Assembly: GCA_945883775.1 (NCBI GenBank)
Contig: CAMCYG010000006.1
Span: 1 to 45,998 of the forward strand
Source of the DNA: Victivallis vadensis
GTDB taxonomy: Bacteria; Verrucomicrobiota; Kiritimatiellia; UBA8416; CAMCYG01
Reading direction: 5' to 3'
Length of the DNA: 45,998 nt
Position numbers and translations under genes: made by a program. Position 1 is the stretch's first letter. The number at the start of each line of letters is the position of its first letter. Shown piece after piece: positions 45,925 through 45,998 of the stretch. Below the pieces are notes generated by a model. It made no database searches, was not told the origin of the DNA, and saw nothing but the letters and a program-made list of their open reading frames with translations.

Positions 45925-45998
45925 GACGTGTCCAGCCTTCGCCAAGGTTACGGCTTGGCAGGCAAGCCACGTCAAAGGAAAGCTGCGTCAAGCCGCAG
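45925..45998. repeat. Hairpin with probable 31-bp mini-insertion, and start of a REP partner at the window edge
   Basis: GACGTGT[CCAGCCTTCGCCAAGGTTACGGCTTGGCAGG]CAAGCCACGTC; AAAGCTGCGTCAAGCCGCAG pairs with 45827-45853. Confidence 0.65.

Overview
46 kb from a PVC-superphylum bacterium, probably Kiritimatiellota/Verrucomicrobiota-like; the placement is inferred from an unannotated 49-aa PVC small basic signature protein at 33596-33745 and from gene order. Positions 1-13.4 kb are a decaying accessory region. It holds an intact HExxH protease-like secreted protein, a trypsin-like protease and a GC-richer TolC/MacA/ABC/MacB-type export operon, among many pseudogenes (metallophosphoesterase, GH2, DUF1080, rhodanese, two IS91-family remnants, four-helix-bundle, RAYT-like Y1 transposase, ORF6N). 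From 13.5 kb the window is core genome: kdsA-lptCAB-hpf-hprK-ptsH-ptsI-metK-ahcY, OmpA, glpK, hppA, MBL hydrolase, tatD, yggU/yggT, SH3 protein, a two-component cluster, panC and a pilMNOP-lipoprotein-secretin operon. The most unusual signal is non-coding. A family of tiny 26-36 bp hairpin elements is precisely inserted, without target duplication, into genes, into REP loops and into each other, and filled and empty sites are both visible in this window. There are also 7-mer- and 9-mer-array-bounded mini-cassettes (gene-carrying and empty), a perfect 140-bp inverted repeat pair, and ~200-bp inverted repeats bracketing the pil operon. Family names come from motif recognition; no database search was run.
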